Below, piece after piece: positions 1 through 15,864 of a DNA stretch of 64,000 nt. The stretch is taken from the NCBI RefSeq assembly GCF_036321535.1, contig NC_087436.1, positions 18,540,001 through 18,604,000 on the forward strand, written 5' to 3'. Positions within the stretch are counted from its first letter, which is position 1, and each line of letters opens with the position of its first letter. This DNA is from Camelus dromedarius (taxonomy: Eukaryota). A program made the translations under genes and the position numbers. A model generated the notes under the pieces. It did not search any database. It was not told the DNA's origin and was given only the letters and a program-made list of their open reading frames with translations.

Positions 1-14
1 GAACCGTCTTTTCA

Positions 15-254
<240 letters not shown>

Positions 255-741
255 CTACAACAACAACACCGACAGGAGCATCAGCCACCTTGGAGTTTGA
301 ATCTATTTTTGTAGATAAAGGAAAAGCACCACCTTTCTCTCTTCTCAAAAGTATCAAGTATCAAGAGCTGGCTTTCCCCCAAAGGATTATATTCATTTTT
401 CCATTTTCCAAAATTACTTTTGACCTCTTCCAAAACAAGACAAAAAGCCAAGAGTTTAAATCTATTTTGTACTACACCACTAAGATTTCTTTGCAAAGTT
501 CAGTGCATTCTCAACCCACTGCCCGAGGACTAAGAGGAGAAATGCGGAAAGAGCAACTGATTAAGAAGAACAAAATCGAGGTTCTGTTCCTGGCTCTACC
601 ACAAATCAGCGACGAGGATCAGCTTCCCTAGGGCCCCTTGCTTCCTCACGTGTGAAGTGAGGATAACAGTCGCCCCACAGCCTGCATGCTGGCAGGTTTA
701 GGAGATAATACATAAAAATGCTTAACAAACAGTGAAGTTCA

Positions 742-903
<162 letters not shown>

Positions 904-1474
904 TCAAGCATAAAATGAGCAGGTGTTTTAAAAATATGCCGTTTAAAAAGTTAAACCCAGTACCACCTGTGGGCTGACCACCGCCACCACCACCCTGCCT
1001 TTACCACATACTCCTGAGGACACCAGGTATCCGTAGTCTATGTATGTTTTACAGATTTACTCTTCTGGTACAGTTTCATCACATGAATTTTGATTACGTA
1101 CTCTTAAAACTTACAGTCTGGCTTTTGGCTTACAGTTTTTTTTTATTTTGAAATGCTGCACAAGTAATTAGATTTTAAGTTCTTCCTATACATAGACAAA
1201 TGCCTGACACCTTGTACAATAGCAATTTAAAGTGAAATAAAGGACAAATACTTAAATGTTATCTACACATGTATTAATTGATTATTCAAATTATTTTAAA
1301 AAATATTTTGAAACCAGTCTTGTTTGATGTCAAGACAGGGAGTCCACACTGAGCATTTCAAGCAAACCTAGGGATCTGCCCTAGGTTAAATTTAAACAGA
1401 CAATAATGAGGTAGTAGACAAGGTTTCACAGATCTGTATACAAGAATATTCACTCCAATATTGCTTGTAACAGT

Positions 1475-1500
1475 AAAAAAAAAAAAAAAAAAAAAAAAAA
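1475..1500 (+). repeat. Poly(A)26 tract within an old L1-like remnant in intron 7
   Basis: Direct read. Confidence 0.85.
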
Positions 1501-2217
1501 TTAGGAACAACCTAAACGTCAACAGGAGATTGACATTAGAAAGTGATATCCACACATCAGAATACTTTGCGGAAATAAAAAAAATCCAAGCAATAACAAA
1601 ATATCCTGTTACAAAGACCTGTACCTACAATACACTAACACATCACTGAGTTCTACAAGTTCTTATAGTATGAACTATTTCTTTGGAGTTTTATATATGA
1701 CGTGCACCACAATGTCAATCACTTTTTTCTGGGTGGTGGGATTTCAAAGATTTTTCTTTTCCTCCTCTTTGTATTATTTGTGTATTATTAAATTTGGTGT
1801 ATTTGTTTCTAGGCCCCTATCACCCACTCCTTTACTAAACTGGGACCATGTATAGTTTTGTTTTTTGTTTTAAAAAATATTTTTACTGATGAACATTGCC
1901 TCACATCATTAAATATTCTACATTATGTTTATCTCTAAACTGTAGAGTTTTCTCTTATATGAAAAGACCACAACTTATTTTAATGATTTTCTTAGTGTTG
2001 ATACATTTAGTGACTCAAATTATTTTCTTATAAATGTTACAGTGACCATCTGATTATTTCTTTATGAAAAATCAAGAAGGGCTAAAAGGATGTACTTTTT
2101 AAAAGGTAAGTAGACATTTTAGTTCATCTTCTGTATTAAGGCTAAAAAAATTCTCTCTAATCAACAAGTTTTATTGCTCTTTAGAAAATGAGAACATTTA
2201 AGAGAAAGCAACACTTA

Positions 2218-2331
<114 letters not shown>

Positions 2332-4019
2332 CTAGAAACAATTAAACAATTAAACTTCTTCAATAAGAACAAATATGGTATTAGAAATATTCAGGTTATA
2401 AACCAGAGACCTGGTACAGAATAAAGTTTCAGGCAACATTTTCTAGGCTTTATTATGCTTTTTTTTTCAGATTAACAAGCTTTTATAGTTTTCTGTGGAT
2501 GAATATATATAATATGAAATTTCTTAGAGGAGAAACATCTTCCCTGAAAATTGTTTTAAGTGTTCACTTACTGGGGCCCACAAAAACACAGTGAATAAGT
2601 GACTGCCATGAATGGAAGAAAAGGCTCTCATTCGACCAAATAAAATCATCTGTCTGCTTATTAATGACTTTTATACACAAATTACCATTCATTTTATAAG
2701 GGTTGAGCTTACTAACTATAGTCTATCTTAAGTAACACCATCTGCATGTTATTTATAAGTCAACACATTAAATAAGTACTATTTCAATAAAATTGTGACC
2801 ATAAAATTGGAAAGGAATCAGGGAAACAATTTTTCTTGAGGGCAGTATGTTAATCCAGCTGAATTTACTTTTTAAAGATAAATGCTCAAGACATTATTAA
2901 CTATTTTTAGATATAAGTTGTAATTAGTGTAGCGTGCACAGCAATAAATATTCTCCTCAAAGTTTACTTTTCCCCATTATAAAATGTTCATTTAAAGTAC
3001 TTTAGAATATGAAAGCAGTGAAGTATAAAGTTGTCCACAGGCCCACCATCCAACCATTCCTTTCCACACCATAAGGTGGTTTTTAACAGGTATCATCAAC
3101 TAAATATAAAATTTTGTTGCCTGATTTTTTTTCCCCCACTTAAAGTGCCCCTTTTCCACATATTTCATTAAATAACTGCCTAGTGTTTGGGCCGGTGGAA
3201 GGACCATTGTATATCTAACCAGTCCTGATTACTAGGCTTCGGACTGTTACCAGGCTTTTGCAATTACAAACAATAAGCTTTATATACAAAAATATTCAAA
3301 GCAAAAGTACTTCTGACCATTTCTTGAGGAGGCATTCCCAGAAATGGAGTTACTGGTTCCAGAGAATATGGATGTGTGAGAAAGCTTTGAATACACAGGA
3401 ACTTAATTTTTATTATAAACCTCTAACACCACACATGCATATCACTGCACTGAAACTACTACCTTGCTGAAAGCATTGATTAAAAATTTTAAATAAAATG
3501 CACACTCTTAAGTTGAAGGGATCCAACAGTTAGATCTTTAGAGCATTTCAGCTTCTATAACATCATTTTAATCTTTTTTAAAAAAAATAGCATTGTTAAA
3601 AAAACTTGGCTTTCTCAGTTTTCTTTTTATTCCAAATAATGAGACTTTTATTCTCTCATTTTGATTCAAACCCGGTACCGCCATATGCCAATTAAATATT
3701 TTTCTTATAAATATGCCTAAGGTTTTTTTTTTTTAAGGAGAGCACTGTGTTTTTATTTATGACATATCCACATAACCGTGCATTCGATACCAGAACCAAA
3801 TGAAAACACACAATCAATGTATAAGTTAACAGTCAGGTCAATGTCTAAGTCAGCAAATAACTAACAAAGATATTGTATCTTTATGTATGTATAAAGATAA
3901 ATGTTAAAGGTTCTTCAAGTTCTTCCTGCAAATCAAGTTTCAATATTAAAAAGTAACAGTAAGTTTTATTCGGGAAGAAACTTTCCCTAAAAAAATTCAG
4001 AGTTATGGACACTGATTCA

Positions 4020-4220
<201 letters not shown>

Positions 4221-5240
4221 TTAAATTCAGAAGTCAGTTTAAAAGATCCTGTAGATAATCACTTGATAGATTATCCAGTGATAAAGGTGGTTCAAATTTA
4301 AAGGAAAACATTTTTCCACAAATGTTACCATATGATTATTTCTCCAGCTTGAAGTAAATCCAAAAGACACATACACTGAACTAGAATGGGTTAATTATTA
4401 GAGGCAAACAAATTATGCTGCCAGTTTCTCAAAAGCTTGATTGTTACAAACATATAATGCAGGCCTCCAACTACAACTGTAATTTTATCTCCCAAACTGT
4501 CTTGGAGGCAACTTCAATTATGACCCAGATCTAAGTGTTAAGTTATTTGATTACCCAATTTCTAAATAGCCAAGAAATAAAGCATGCCTTCAGAAATAAG
4601 TGAATTAGTCTTAATGCCAAGGTAAATGTCTGAAAAATTGCCAGCATAAAAGCAGAACAGAGAACTGAAGGCTTCCTTTACCTCTCTTCCCATCCTTCCT
4701 GTGAGCAGACAGACTGTTGGTTGTAACTAGCAGATAAAACATGCAATCTACCTGCTTTAAACTACCTGATGCTCTTAAATTTTTAGGGAATAGTTTTACT
4801 AGGTAGCTTAATGATACCCCATTTAACCTTAAGTGCTATGCCTTGACAGAATTTTTTAAAAAGAAAACTATGACTTCTTTAGAGTACAGTACTCATTTAG
4901 AAAATAAAACCATGCAATGACTCTGAAGTGGTTTACTTTAATGTCATGTACTAGATGTTTCTGTAAAACTGTGTGAACATTAATACTTGAAGAAGAGTAT
5001 TTTTAAAATGCTTTCTAAAAATCTCTAGAGAGAGTATTATTTTGAAGAATTCTGTAGTGAATTCTATGAAAGGTCACCTTATTTATTCTAATATAGCATG
5101 GTTTCTATATAGTTTTTTTTTTATAACAGACTAGATGTGTTACATACAAAACACTTTTTACATGTTTTTCTACTCAGTTGTTTCCACTTAAGTAAGAGCA
5201 TGAGGATTTAAAAAAAAATGAATAATAATATAACTACTTA

Positions 5241-5354
<114 letters not shown>

Positions 5355-6399
5355 TCATTTCAATTGTATCAGGTTTCTCCAAAGCCCCCAAATTAAAATC
5401 ACTTTGACAAATGATGCCAGATTTATATTTAATCCTTTTAATTCAGTCATTCTAAATGGCTATTGGGAAAGAATGTGGATGCCCGCAAACAAGTTATTTA
5501 AATATATTTTAAAAATCATGTAACAATTGCATCTTCTGAAAGATCTCCCTCTCTGAGCACAGTCTCAAGTTCCTGAACAGCACAGAAGAGAACAAGAATG
5601 AAGAACAGAAGTGGGGGTGCCTGTGTGGTTCTGGAAGAAAACTGAGCAGCAAATAAATTACGTGTAGCCTTGTGTGTATGAAAGCATATTTAGAAAGTAT
5701 TATTTACATTTAGGATTCAGTTTCTTTTCAAGCTTGGTGTTTCTGTATCATTCCAGAGATTATTATTGACTCTGAGCTCTGAATCAGATACTCTGAAAGG
5801 ACAAAACAAAGATCCTGCATAAAACAGTTTTTATTCTATCACTGAAGTCACTTAATGTACGGGGAAATTCACGAGGAGTAACAAACAAAACAAAGAAGTT
5901 CCAAAACATCAACTACCAAAAAAAAGGCTCTCTACCCGACAGCCTTGTGCAAGTAAGCCTTTAAAAAACCAAGTTGCTCTGAGGGCAAAAGTTTATGTAG
6001 CACTCCTTTATCAATCTTATGTATTACAAATCCTCTAATTTAAGAATTACATCGATACTGAGACGAAGGTGAGTCTGACATACAGACTGTGAGGTACTAG
6101 GTCACTAGGACTGAACAAAAAACTGTTGGTGTTCTGTGTGCTGAGAGCCTTCCCGGTGCTGAGGTGGTTCACTCCCACCCCTCTGTGGAGGTGGGCCCGG
6201 GGCTGCACTTGGGCTTCTTGCAAGACCTTGTGATCAGGATGCCTGGGCCGTACATGCCGTGCTTCCGGCCCCACACTCCTTACAAAGTAAGTTAAGTGGG
6301 AGTTGGGTTACACCTACAGTGTTTCACAAGCTGATCATCAAATCAAACCTGAGACCACCATGGTGACTATGCAAATGTATTAAATAGTCAGATACCTTT

Positions 6400-7650
6400 G
6401 AAAGCTGTGGAGAATTAATGAACTGGAAGGTGTAGCTGAAGAAATTGCCCAGAATAGGAAAGGCTGAGACAAAGAGACAAATGTGAAAGGGAGTTACAAA
6501 GAACAGAACAGAATCAGAAGGTCTAACATGCACTCAAAGTTATAGAAGAGGACTGAAAGGCAAAATTGGAAGAGATTATGGCTGAGAACTTTTCAGAACT
6601 GATTGAAGACACAAATCTACAGACTGAGGCACACTGTAAATTAAGCAGGACTGAAAACAAAAACAAAGTAACTTACATACTCCAGAGTGAAACTGCAAAA
6701 CATCAAAGACAGGGAGGGTCTTAAAAATGCAGTTGGACATGTCACCTATAGTGGAACGATGATTAGCTTGACAGCAGAGGCTTAACAGTAACAACTGAAG
6801 CCAGAATTAGATGGGATAAAAATCTTCAAAATGTTTAGAAAACATTCCTGTCAGCAGAGAATTACATCCAGCAAAACTATCTTTCAAGAATGAGGGCAAA
6901 ATAAAGACACTTTTGGATAAGTATATCTGAGAAAATTTGCTACTGAGACACTGACACTAAAGGAACTTTTAAGTGAGCCAATGGAATAAACTGAAATTGC
7001 ATTCCTACCTCACACAACATATGAAGAAAAAAGCAATGTGTTTATTAGTCTTAATGGAAAAAATATGAAATGTTTAGAAGAAAAGCACAGGAGAGTGTTT
7101 CTGTAATCCTGTGGCTGGGAAGAATTTTTGGAGTAAGACACAAAAATACTTACTATAAATAAGACTGATAAATTCAACTATATTAAAATTCACAACAACT
7201 TCCATTTATCAAAAGATATAATAAAAGTGCCAAAGCATGCCAAAAACTGGAAAAAGATATTTTTAAACACACATTAAATAAGGAATTGGTATATAAACAT
7301 ATAAGGATCCCCTACAGACAGACAGCCCATTAAAAAAAATCAGAAACAGCAACAATCATTCCTTAGAAAAGGAAATACAAATGGCTAAAAAACGTTTTAA
7401 AAGTTGCTCAATCTCACTACTAATCAGGGAAATCAAGAGCACAGTGATACTTTGCACCCTCCTGACAGGCAAACATAAAGAGGTCTGGGTATTTCTAAAT
7501 ATAGGTGAAGTTGTGGTTCACTGAGAAATATTTTCTACCGTTAATGGGAGAGTAATCTGGTACTGCCACTCTAGCAAACAATTTATCACAAACAAAGTTG
7601 AACAAAACCTAAAAACCTAGCATATCTATTCCAAGGTATATGCCCCAGAG
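6400..7650 (+). mobile_element. Old LINE-1 fragments (ORF1-like then ORF2/3' end-like) in intron 4, antisense to TMEM184C
   Basis: A-rich decayed L1 motifs (atggctgagaacttttcagaactga, aaaactatctttcaagaatgagggcaaaataaagac, ctcactactaatcagggaaat). Confidence 0.7.
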
Positions 7651-8584
7651 CAATTTTTTTCAAACTGTGTCAAATTCAACTTGGGCTGTGACGCAAATTT
7701 TAAAAACAAGAGGGAAGAAGGGAATACGTAATAAGAGTTAGTACTGTTTCATGAGAAAATCTCTTTCATAACTGTATTAAATCACTAGGTAAAATAAATG
7801 GTCCCCACCTCTCATACACAATATCTAACGTTCATTCAAAGAAAACTCTTTGTGCTCACTGCTTATGTTACAGAAACCAGAACATAAAAAGCAGATTTAG
7901 TTTTATCATCTAAGGATAGGAAACTCCCCATGGCATTTGCATCTTAAACCAAAGCATCACACTGAATTATCCTAAACAGCAACAGCCTGATTAAACATCA
8001 GATATATAACACCAGTCTTCCAGGAGAAGGAAACTAACTGGTAACCTACAACGTACTTACATACAAGAGAATGAGAAGTTTTATCGTTACTAAAACCATA
8101 CCCCCAAACCGCATGATTCTGGTAAATGCTTAATGTCTTCAAAGGACAGAAAACCTGGGTTATAGTTATGGATGCACTGCTGATAGTGTTCAGGCAGCAG
8201 CTATCTCAGGAAAAAAAAATGAAACCAACACAGAGATTAACAAGAATAAATGTTAACTGCTTGTGTGGTTAGGAACAAATGAATTGCACAAGCACAGACA
8301 AGGGGAATTTTGACCTTTAGCATTATTTGAAAAAGGTTTTGGGTTTTAGTTGACCATTGCAAACTGTGATGAGCCAGCCTGAAAAGGCAGCTCGAGCCTC
8401 ATCTCAGGTTCTGTGTTAATAGAAGAGTCCTGATCAAAGCCACGGCATCATCAGCATTATCACATTTACTGGACCACTGCACTCTCCTCCATCCAAGCCC
8501 ACTTCCAATTCAGTCTACAAAGAGCCCAGTAAGCTTAGAAAATGAAACTTGGATACCAGTTCTCCGCTTAACATCCTACAATGG

Positions 8585-8975
8585 CTTCTCACTTGACCAA
8601 ACTTCAGACAGGGCTCCTCTGACATTTCTTTTCAACTTGGCATCATCTTTAGGCCCTGTCCTTGGCCTGTGAAGTCAGTCTGAGTAAAAAATCCTGCTAA
8701 GACATCCATCACCACCCGTCCCCCCACCCCAGTATCCGATTACTCTTGATATCCTACTTGACCAAGCTCCTCATTCCTCTCTTGATGTTCACTTGGCCTG
8801 CCTTTACCAAGATTCTTGTTATTTCATGGGCCATGAATCCCCCTACCCTTGATGTTTCCTCTTGTATTTTCTGTCCAGTGACCACCTCAATCTCTTTGGC
8901 TATGAATGTCTGTTTGTTCTTGTTGTGTTTGGAGCTGAGCAGAGTATCCCTCCCCCCATCCCCAACCTACATGAG
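8585..8975 (+). mobile_element. ERV1 LTR, MER31-like
   Basis: ttgaccaaacttcagacagggctcctctga and gaatccccctacccttgatgtttcctctt resemble the recalled MER31 consensus. Confidence 0.6.
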
Positions 8976-10148
8976 TGTTTCCTTGCTATCCTCATTCATA
9001 AACTCTTGTTCTTTTTCCTTCATAGTGTTTACTGAAATGAGTAACTATTTGTCTTCATTTAATTCCTAATCCTCTTAACCAAACAGTAGCTACCCGTTAT
9101 ATGTACTAGGATATATCTACATGCTGGAACATACTAGGTGCTCAATACATATTTGTCAAATAACACCTTGGGAGCTTATTATTTCAAACAGTCAGGTAGC
9201 TCCCTGTCCTTACAGGGGTGTAAGGAGAGACACTTATATTTAGTGCTGATGTTGTACAAATGGTTCTGTGTTGAATGGAAGACAGTGTAGCTATTCCTAG
9301 GTCATATATCTACACTAATTGCTCCAAATCATTCCGGTTACCTTGGCTTGCAACTTTCACCTACATCCCCATCGGTGACCAAGTCCTATTGATTCTCCAG
9401 TTGTATTCTCTTACTCTTTCCTTTCTGTTCCAATTTCATACGCCTCCTCTTCAGCTTATTTTACAAATCAACTACTATAATACCCTCCTAATTTACTTCC
9501 CCTTTGGATTCTTCTCCTAATGCATCCTGTATAGTACTGCAAGATTAATCTTTCTAAAATGCTGTCTTCAAATGTTACCTTGCCGACAAATATCCAATGG
9601 TTCATTCGTATAGTAAATGCAATGCTAGCTTCAAGTAAAGTTTTCAGGCTTTATTTTTTATTTTCCTTTACTGTCCTAAATGGATGTATAATAAGGCTAA
9701 CTAATTTATATATCACTAGGATAAAGATTGCTGTTTGTTGTTTTTATTTCATATCAAATGCTACTTCCCCACCTAGACTATTTTCTTGGGTCTTAGATCT
9801 GATTTTGCCATCGACTAACTATGTGATCTTGAGTTAGTTAATCTCTACAGACTCTGGCTCCCAATTTTAAAAGGATGTTGATTAAGCGATTTCCAAAGTC
9901 TCCCTCCCCCATTAATATTTTAAGTTTTCTACTTAGGATGAACAATGTAAAAGAGACTAACTTACATGTGTATATTATAAAAATGTGTTTTGTTAGTCTT
10001 CAAACTTGACTATGAACTACGTAAGGGTAGGGACTCTCTTACACTTTTTGTCCTGCATAAGTACTTAACACACTGCTTTGCAGAATAATGATACTTCAAT
10101 CTGCTTAAGCAATCCCAAACATAAGAGAATTAAAACCAAACATACTTA

Positions 10149-10355
<207 letters not shown>

Positions 10356-11080
10356 CTATGAAAAAGCACAGATGTTAAAAATAGTTGCAGCTATGATAAA
10401 ATGAATTACCATTCCAACGCATGGTACTCACAGTAAGTCTACTTTTAAACTTAAGGTGTCTTGTCACATACTTGCATCAACTTTTCTAAATTTTATCATT
10501 ATGAGGACTACCAGATAATCTGTGAAATGAGTTTTTAAAAGCAATAAACATCTTGGATATTGGTAAACAAAAACATTTGTGTTGGGGGTAAATAATGAAC
10601 ATGAAGAGAGAAGTTAAATTATGTACTTGAATTTTTAAATATAATCCAAAATTTTTACTGACACGATCACAGAAAATGATGTTAAGGATATTTTCTTTAT
10701 ATTTAATCAAATTAAAGCAGTTATCTGTAACAGCTGCATGTATTAGAATCTATTAGGGAAGGTTTCTGTTTTGGTCCAAATAAAATATATAATAAATAAA
10801 AAGGATGACAATGTAATTTTAAATATTACATCTTTAAAGGACTAAGAACTACAAATCCAAAATTTTAAAAGATTAAGCAAAGAAAACAAGCTATAGATTT
10901 TTAAAACATCTGCCTTTTCTATGGTTATACTTTATCTTCTTAATTAACATTAAATACAAGCGAACATTTTCACTTACTAATCTAACTCCTTATTGCCAAA
11001 TAACATATTTTTATTACCTTAATTATGTTAGTATCATCAAACAAGTTCTTAGTTAATGAGATAAAATGAAGCATACTTAC

Positions 11081-11117
11081 ACTATCTAAACTGTATATGG
11101 GTACCATCCAAAGAATC
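11081..11117 (-). CDS. TMEM184C: TMEM184C exon 3 (ILWMVPIYSLDS)
   Basis: Acceptor aatag|G, donor AGT|gtaagt; 37 nt; lies within track ORF 10982..11173. Confidence 0.95.
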
Positions 11118-11214
11118 CTATTTGGAAAGCAAAACATAAATTTAAAACATTTTACATCATATTTATGAGACAAGCCAACACAACACTAGTAGAATCAAAA
11201 CAAATGAAAATTTA

Positions 11215-11400
<186 letters not shown>

Positions 11401-13924
11401 CTAAGTAAAATATTTATATTTAAAAATTTTAATTTATTTTATTATTAATGAGGCTCAATATTTTCCAAGTGACTAGTGGCATTTTTATTTCTCTTCAATA
11501 AACAGCCTATTTTCTGCTTTTGCGGAAGGAAGGGGAGGGTTCTTCCTCATGAGGCTGAACCCTTCCTCGTGGGGCCTTCTGTAACAGGGCTCTACGCATT
11601 AAAACATTAACATCATGTCATTTCTCCCTAGCTTGTTATTTGCCTTTTATATTTGATTATTGTAACTGAAGATGTACAGAAGTTTTAAAACTTTCTGCAA
11701 GTCAAATCTAAAAATCTTTTTCTGGTTTATTCCTTTGCTTTTACATCTAGATCAAAATCTACCAACATTTTTTGTCAATTTTATTGTTGCCCAGCATGTC
11801 AGTAGAACAGAGTGAGTGCTGACTATTTGCCTGATACTTGGCTAAGCTCTTTACACACATCCTGTCTTTTAAGCCTCCCACTTGCTAAGCACTGCCACAA
11901 ATGCTGTCCAGGGGAACCATGCTGATACGTGCTGCCCCTCTTACACACAACAGTATCAACTTGGGACACTACATTTTTTTAAGATTTAAGATTTAATTTC
12001 AACTTCTGATCAATATTTTATCCTTTAAAAGCTCAATTCCTCAAAATACACTTTGAACAACCCCATCCTGAGGGCTGAAGTAATCTACTTGTTTTCTGGT
12101 AAAAACAAATTTAGTGGCCTGAGGGGCCACTGGGAATGAATTTTATATTAATTTGTACTCCTGCCTTGAAGAATGTGAATATTTTTTATTATAAAAAATG
12201 CAAATACCGACTTTTTAAAGTAAAACGGTGGGCATTTTTAGTACCTGGTAACATAAAGACCTGTTGTATTTCTTTACACTGACAATAAAACGTCATAAAA
12301 GGAAAGTATTTTTAGTACTTGAGTTCGAACAGTTCATGAGAATAGAACTGATGCCTGCAACTTGTAGTTTTTACTGTTTTGCACAAGATTTTTTCTCCAT
12401 CAAGGGTCAAGGATTAAAGAAGTAGAAAAGAAAAGTATAGAGAACCAATGTATTTTTACAATGAATTTCTATATTAAACTGTATGGAAAACGTGACAGCA
12501 GATACAGAAGTCTTGCTGACTGCTGGAGGTTAATCAAAGCAGTAAGTCAAAAGCAAATACGTAGAGGTGAAGGTTCTGAAAAGAATGTCTGAGCAATAAT
12601 TTTCCAGAGATTTTTGCTTGGCTCAATTTCATTTAAGATTCAGGGCTCATTTTAATGATGATGTCATCATCATCAGATACTCCAAGCCTTCTTTATTATG
12701 TGATCATTAAGAACAGTCTTGCCAAGTAAGTTTAATGCCCACATTTGTTTGTGTGGTTACCTTAGTGCCAAAAGGTAGAACCTGGGGGTAGCCTTAAGAG
12801 AAACATGATGTGCTTGTGACTAATGAAGGCCAAGCATCCTCAGTGTGCTGTAAGGAAGAAAACTCTTTTTCAAATGATCATAAAACAAGTGACTGGAAAA
12901 TTGAGTCATTTCAGTAGCGTGATTCCAAATGTAAAAAATCTTGCATCATGGAATTAGTACCAGTTTTACACTGCAATTTAGTTTCAGAAAAACATCATCT
13001 GCTCGCCTTAATGCCACTAATTTGAATCACTGGTTTTATAACTGTTTTGATTTTTGAGCTATATAAAAAGCTATATGCATAAGAAATTTAACCTATTTTA
13101 TGTGTGTACATATTTAGGTGACATGATAATAAAATAACTCTAGAATCTATAGATATTATTATGATTATTACATTTATTTTAATTTAATTTACATTTACCT
13201 CTAAATAAATTATTCACACTGGAGACACATTGATAGGAGGATCTCATTAATATTAAACTTATCAGCCACGAGTAGGGTTTTTTTTGCTCACAAAACAAGG
13301 AGATAAGTAGTGTAGCTTTTTTTCCTAAGGTAACTTGAAGAAAGTAGAGAGGAAGGGGAAAAAAACATTAAAAACAAGCATCCAGGAGTGAGTTAAGTGT
13401 CCATCAGCCAAAAGCTTTCAAAGTAGAGAGAAACAGGACGGTGCTTTCTGGGCCCAATCCTCCTCTGGGAAACAGGAGTAGCTACTTGGGACATAAGACC
13501 ACAGGGGTGGGGCAAGATGACTGCAGAGCAACGTGACATCACAGGTGCACTGAGCTTCTGTGACCTCTATTATATGTGCTCAGTCGAGTAAGAGAGGGAG
13601 AGACACGGTTTGAACAGCGCACATGGTCATCATGCCTCCCCAGTTGTGAGTATGTGCCCCACCATGGGCATGGGACGGGCTATCTAAACCTGCAGCTTTC
13701 TACAACCTCAGTTCCCCCTGTGTGAGCACCGTGATTCTAGTGCTTAAAAAACAAGGATTTTTCATATAAAACTGTCCCTTAATATGCCAACTACTTTTTC
13801 TAGTGCTCGATCAGAGGCACATAACTCTGCTTTAGGTGTTCCATTGAAAACCTAATCCCAACTAAAATGCTGTTCCACAAGAAACAGCCACTCTGCAATA
13901 ACAGTGATGATATTTTAAAAACAA

Positions 13925-14180
13925 CAGTGGTAATTAGGGCTTATTGAGCACCTACCATGTGCCGGGCACAGTGTTAAGCATTTTAAAGACATAAACTCAT
14001 CTAGGGAATAATGATGAAAAGGATGATAAGGAGATTGTATATTAAGCACTTAGTGCAGTGGTACTTATGCCACTTACGTGTCTCAGTTTTCCCATCTGTA
14101 AAATAGGGATAATTCCTATGCTTCAGGGTTTTAAAGATTAAATTAAATTATACCTTATCCTAGGGACACGCACTAGTTAG
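13925..14180. mobile_element. MIR SINE fragments
   Basis: tattgagcacctaccatgtgccgggcacagtg and ctcagttttcccatctgtaaaatagggataat MIR core motifs. Confidence 0.7.
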
Positions 14181-14339
14181 TGTCTCTAACACCTTAACAA
14201 CAACAACAACAAAAAAACACAACAGGGGGAAAAAAAACCCTGCCTTAATCCACACTCCTCTATGTACTGTGCCATTCATTTTTCAGGCCCTCTGAGTCAA
14301 AATACTCAAAACAAACAAAATGAACAAACACTTGTCTTC

Positions 14340-15340
14340 ATATCCTGATACCTCTTCTTCACTCCACATTGATTCTTCAAACAACACCCTCTAGCTCCGG
14401 CCCTGACACCTCCATTGAAACCAGGATGAGCATTGCAAATGACCCTCCTATCTTGTGAAAATCAATGGGCGTCTCAGCGGCACCAGACTGTTCACTTTGT
14501 CCTTCTTGAGACAATCTCCTGTTCTGGCTCCCAGCACTCTATTCCCCACTGGCTGCTGCTTTCTTTTTTTTTTTTAAGTTCTTATTCTTCTACTTGACCT
14601 CTAAATGCTGGTGCTAGGTCCTCGGCCTTTTCTTCTTCCCCTTTATAATCTCATCCATCCTTATGTCTTTAAACACCATCTCTGTTCTGACAACTCTTAC
14701 ACTTGTATCTGCAGCTCGAACCTTTCCAAGCCCTCGACTTCAATGTCCAACTGCACAGCTGACATGCCCACACGATATACCTAAGTGTCCAAAGAAGAAC
14801 TCAAATTCTCTCAGACCTGTCCCTATCCATCGATTTTCCATCTTGGTCACTAGCATCACCATTTACCCTGTGGTTTAGACATAAACCTCAGAGTGCTTCT
14901 TGATTTCTCTCACTGCCTCTCCTCCCCAGTCCAATCCACCATCAGGTCCTGTTTCTTCACTTCCAATGATACTTAAAATTCAGTTTTCCATCTCTATATC
15001 TGCCATTCTGACTTGCACCAAAAGTCATTATAGCCCAGGCACCCAATACCTCTGAACTACTTTAAAGAGCCTTCCAGCATCTCTCCACGTCCACTTAATT
15101 TTCTATAGGCTGCTAGAGTTGTCTTTTGAAGATGTGTAATAATGTTGCCCTGCCTGTTCATTTCTTAGATCTTTTCTAGTTTCCTCCATAGCATTTTATA
15201 TAATTTTATTTTATTGATTTGTTTTTGTTGGCTGTGTTCATCTCCACCACTAAGTTCCATGAAAGTAGGTGCAGTTTCTCTAACTATATTAGAATACAAG
15301 CCTGATTTATCATTGGGACTCAAATAATCATTTATTAAGT
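14340..15340 (+). mobile_element. L2 LINE remnant
   Basis: Pyrimidine-rich decayed L2 3' region ending ...ctcaaataatcatttatt. Confidence 0.6.
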
Positions 15341-15386
15341 ATCAGGCACTTGGGCAGAAGGAGAAAATAAAGTTAAGTAAAATAAA

Positions 15387-15522
15387 GGGTGCAAGTATAG
15401 CTCAAGTGGTAGAGCGCATGCTTAGCATGCATGAGGTCCTGGGTTCAATCCCCAGTACTGCCTCCAAAATAAATAAATAAACCTAACTACCCCACCCCTC
15501 AAAATAAATAAATTCTATAAAA
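15387..15522 (+). mobile_element. tRNA-Ala-derived SINE (camelid vic-1-like)
   Basis: A-box tagctcaagtggtagagc, B-box gggttcaatccc, tail aaataaataaacctaactacccc; 11-bp TSD taagtaaaata at 15374-15384 and 15523-15533. Confidence 0.85.
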
Positions 15523-15864
15523 TAAGTAAAATATATATCATGTTAGATCCTGGTGTGGTAGAGGCTCAGGAACTGAGGAGAGAAAGTCCAAGGAAGACGG
15601 GAGGTGGGGTGCTGGGGTGGGTATCAAGTCATGCTGGGCCTTGATGCCATAGTTAGGGATACTGGCTTTTAATCTGGGACTAGGAGTGAATGGAAAATTT
15701 TGAGAAAAGGCCACACATAATGTGACTTAATGTTTTAACTGGATACTTTGGCAGGTGTGTTCAGAAGAGCCCTGGCAATACATGATGAGAATTTGGCTCA
15801 GGGTGTTAGCTGGGGAGACTGCAGAACTGAAATTTTTCCTTAAAACCTGGTACTTAAAAAGTAC

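Noticed and set aside
290..631. 113-aa plus-strand ORF in intron 8
   Set aside because: Non-ATG start, antisense intronic, and no recognisable similarity.
6047..6274. GC-richer intronic patch and 75-aa ORF as a hidden exon or retrocopy
   Set aside because: TMEM184C exons 4 and 5 join in frame without it and I recognise no protein; it more likely belongs to the adjacent old L1.
15387..15465. Genuine tRNA-Ala gene
   Set aside because: It has a SINE tail and TSDs, and a second diverged copy lies at 44474-44644.
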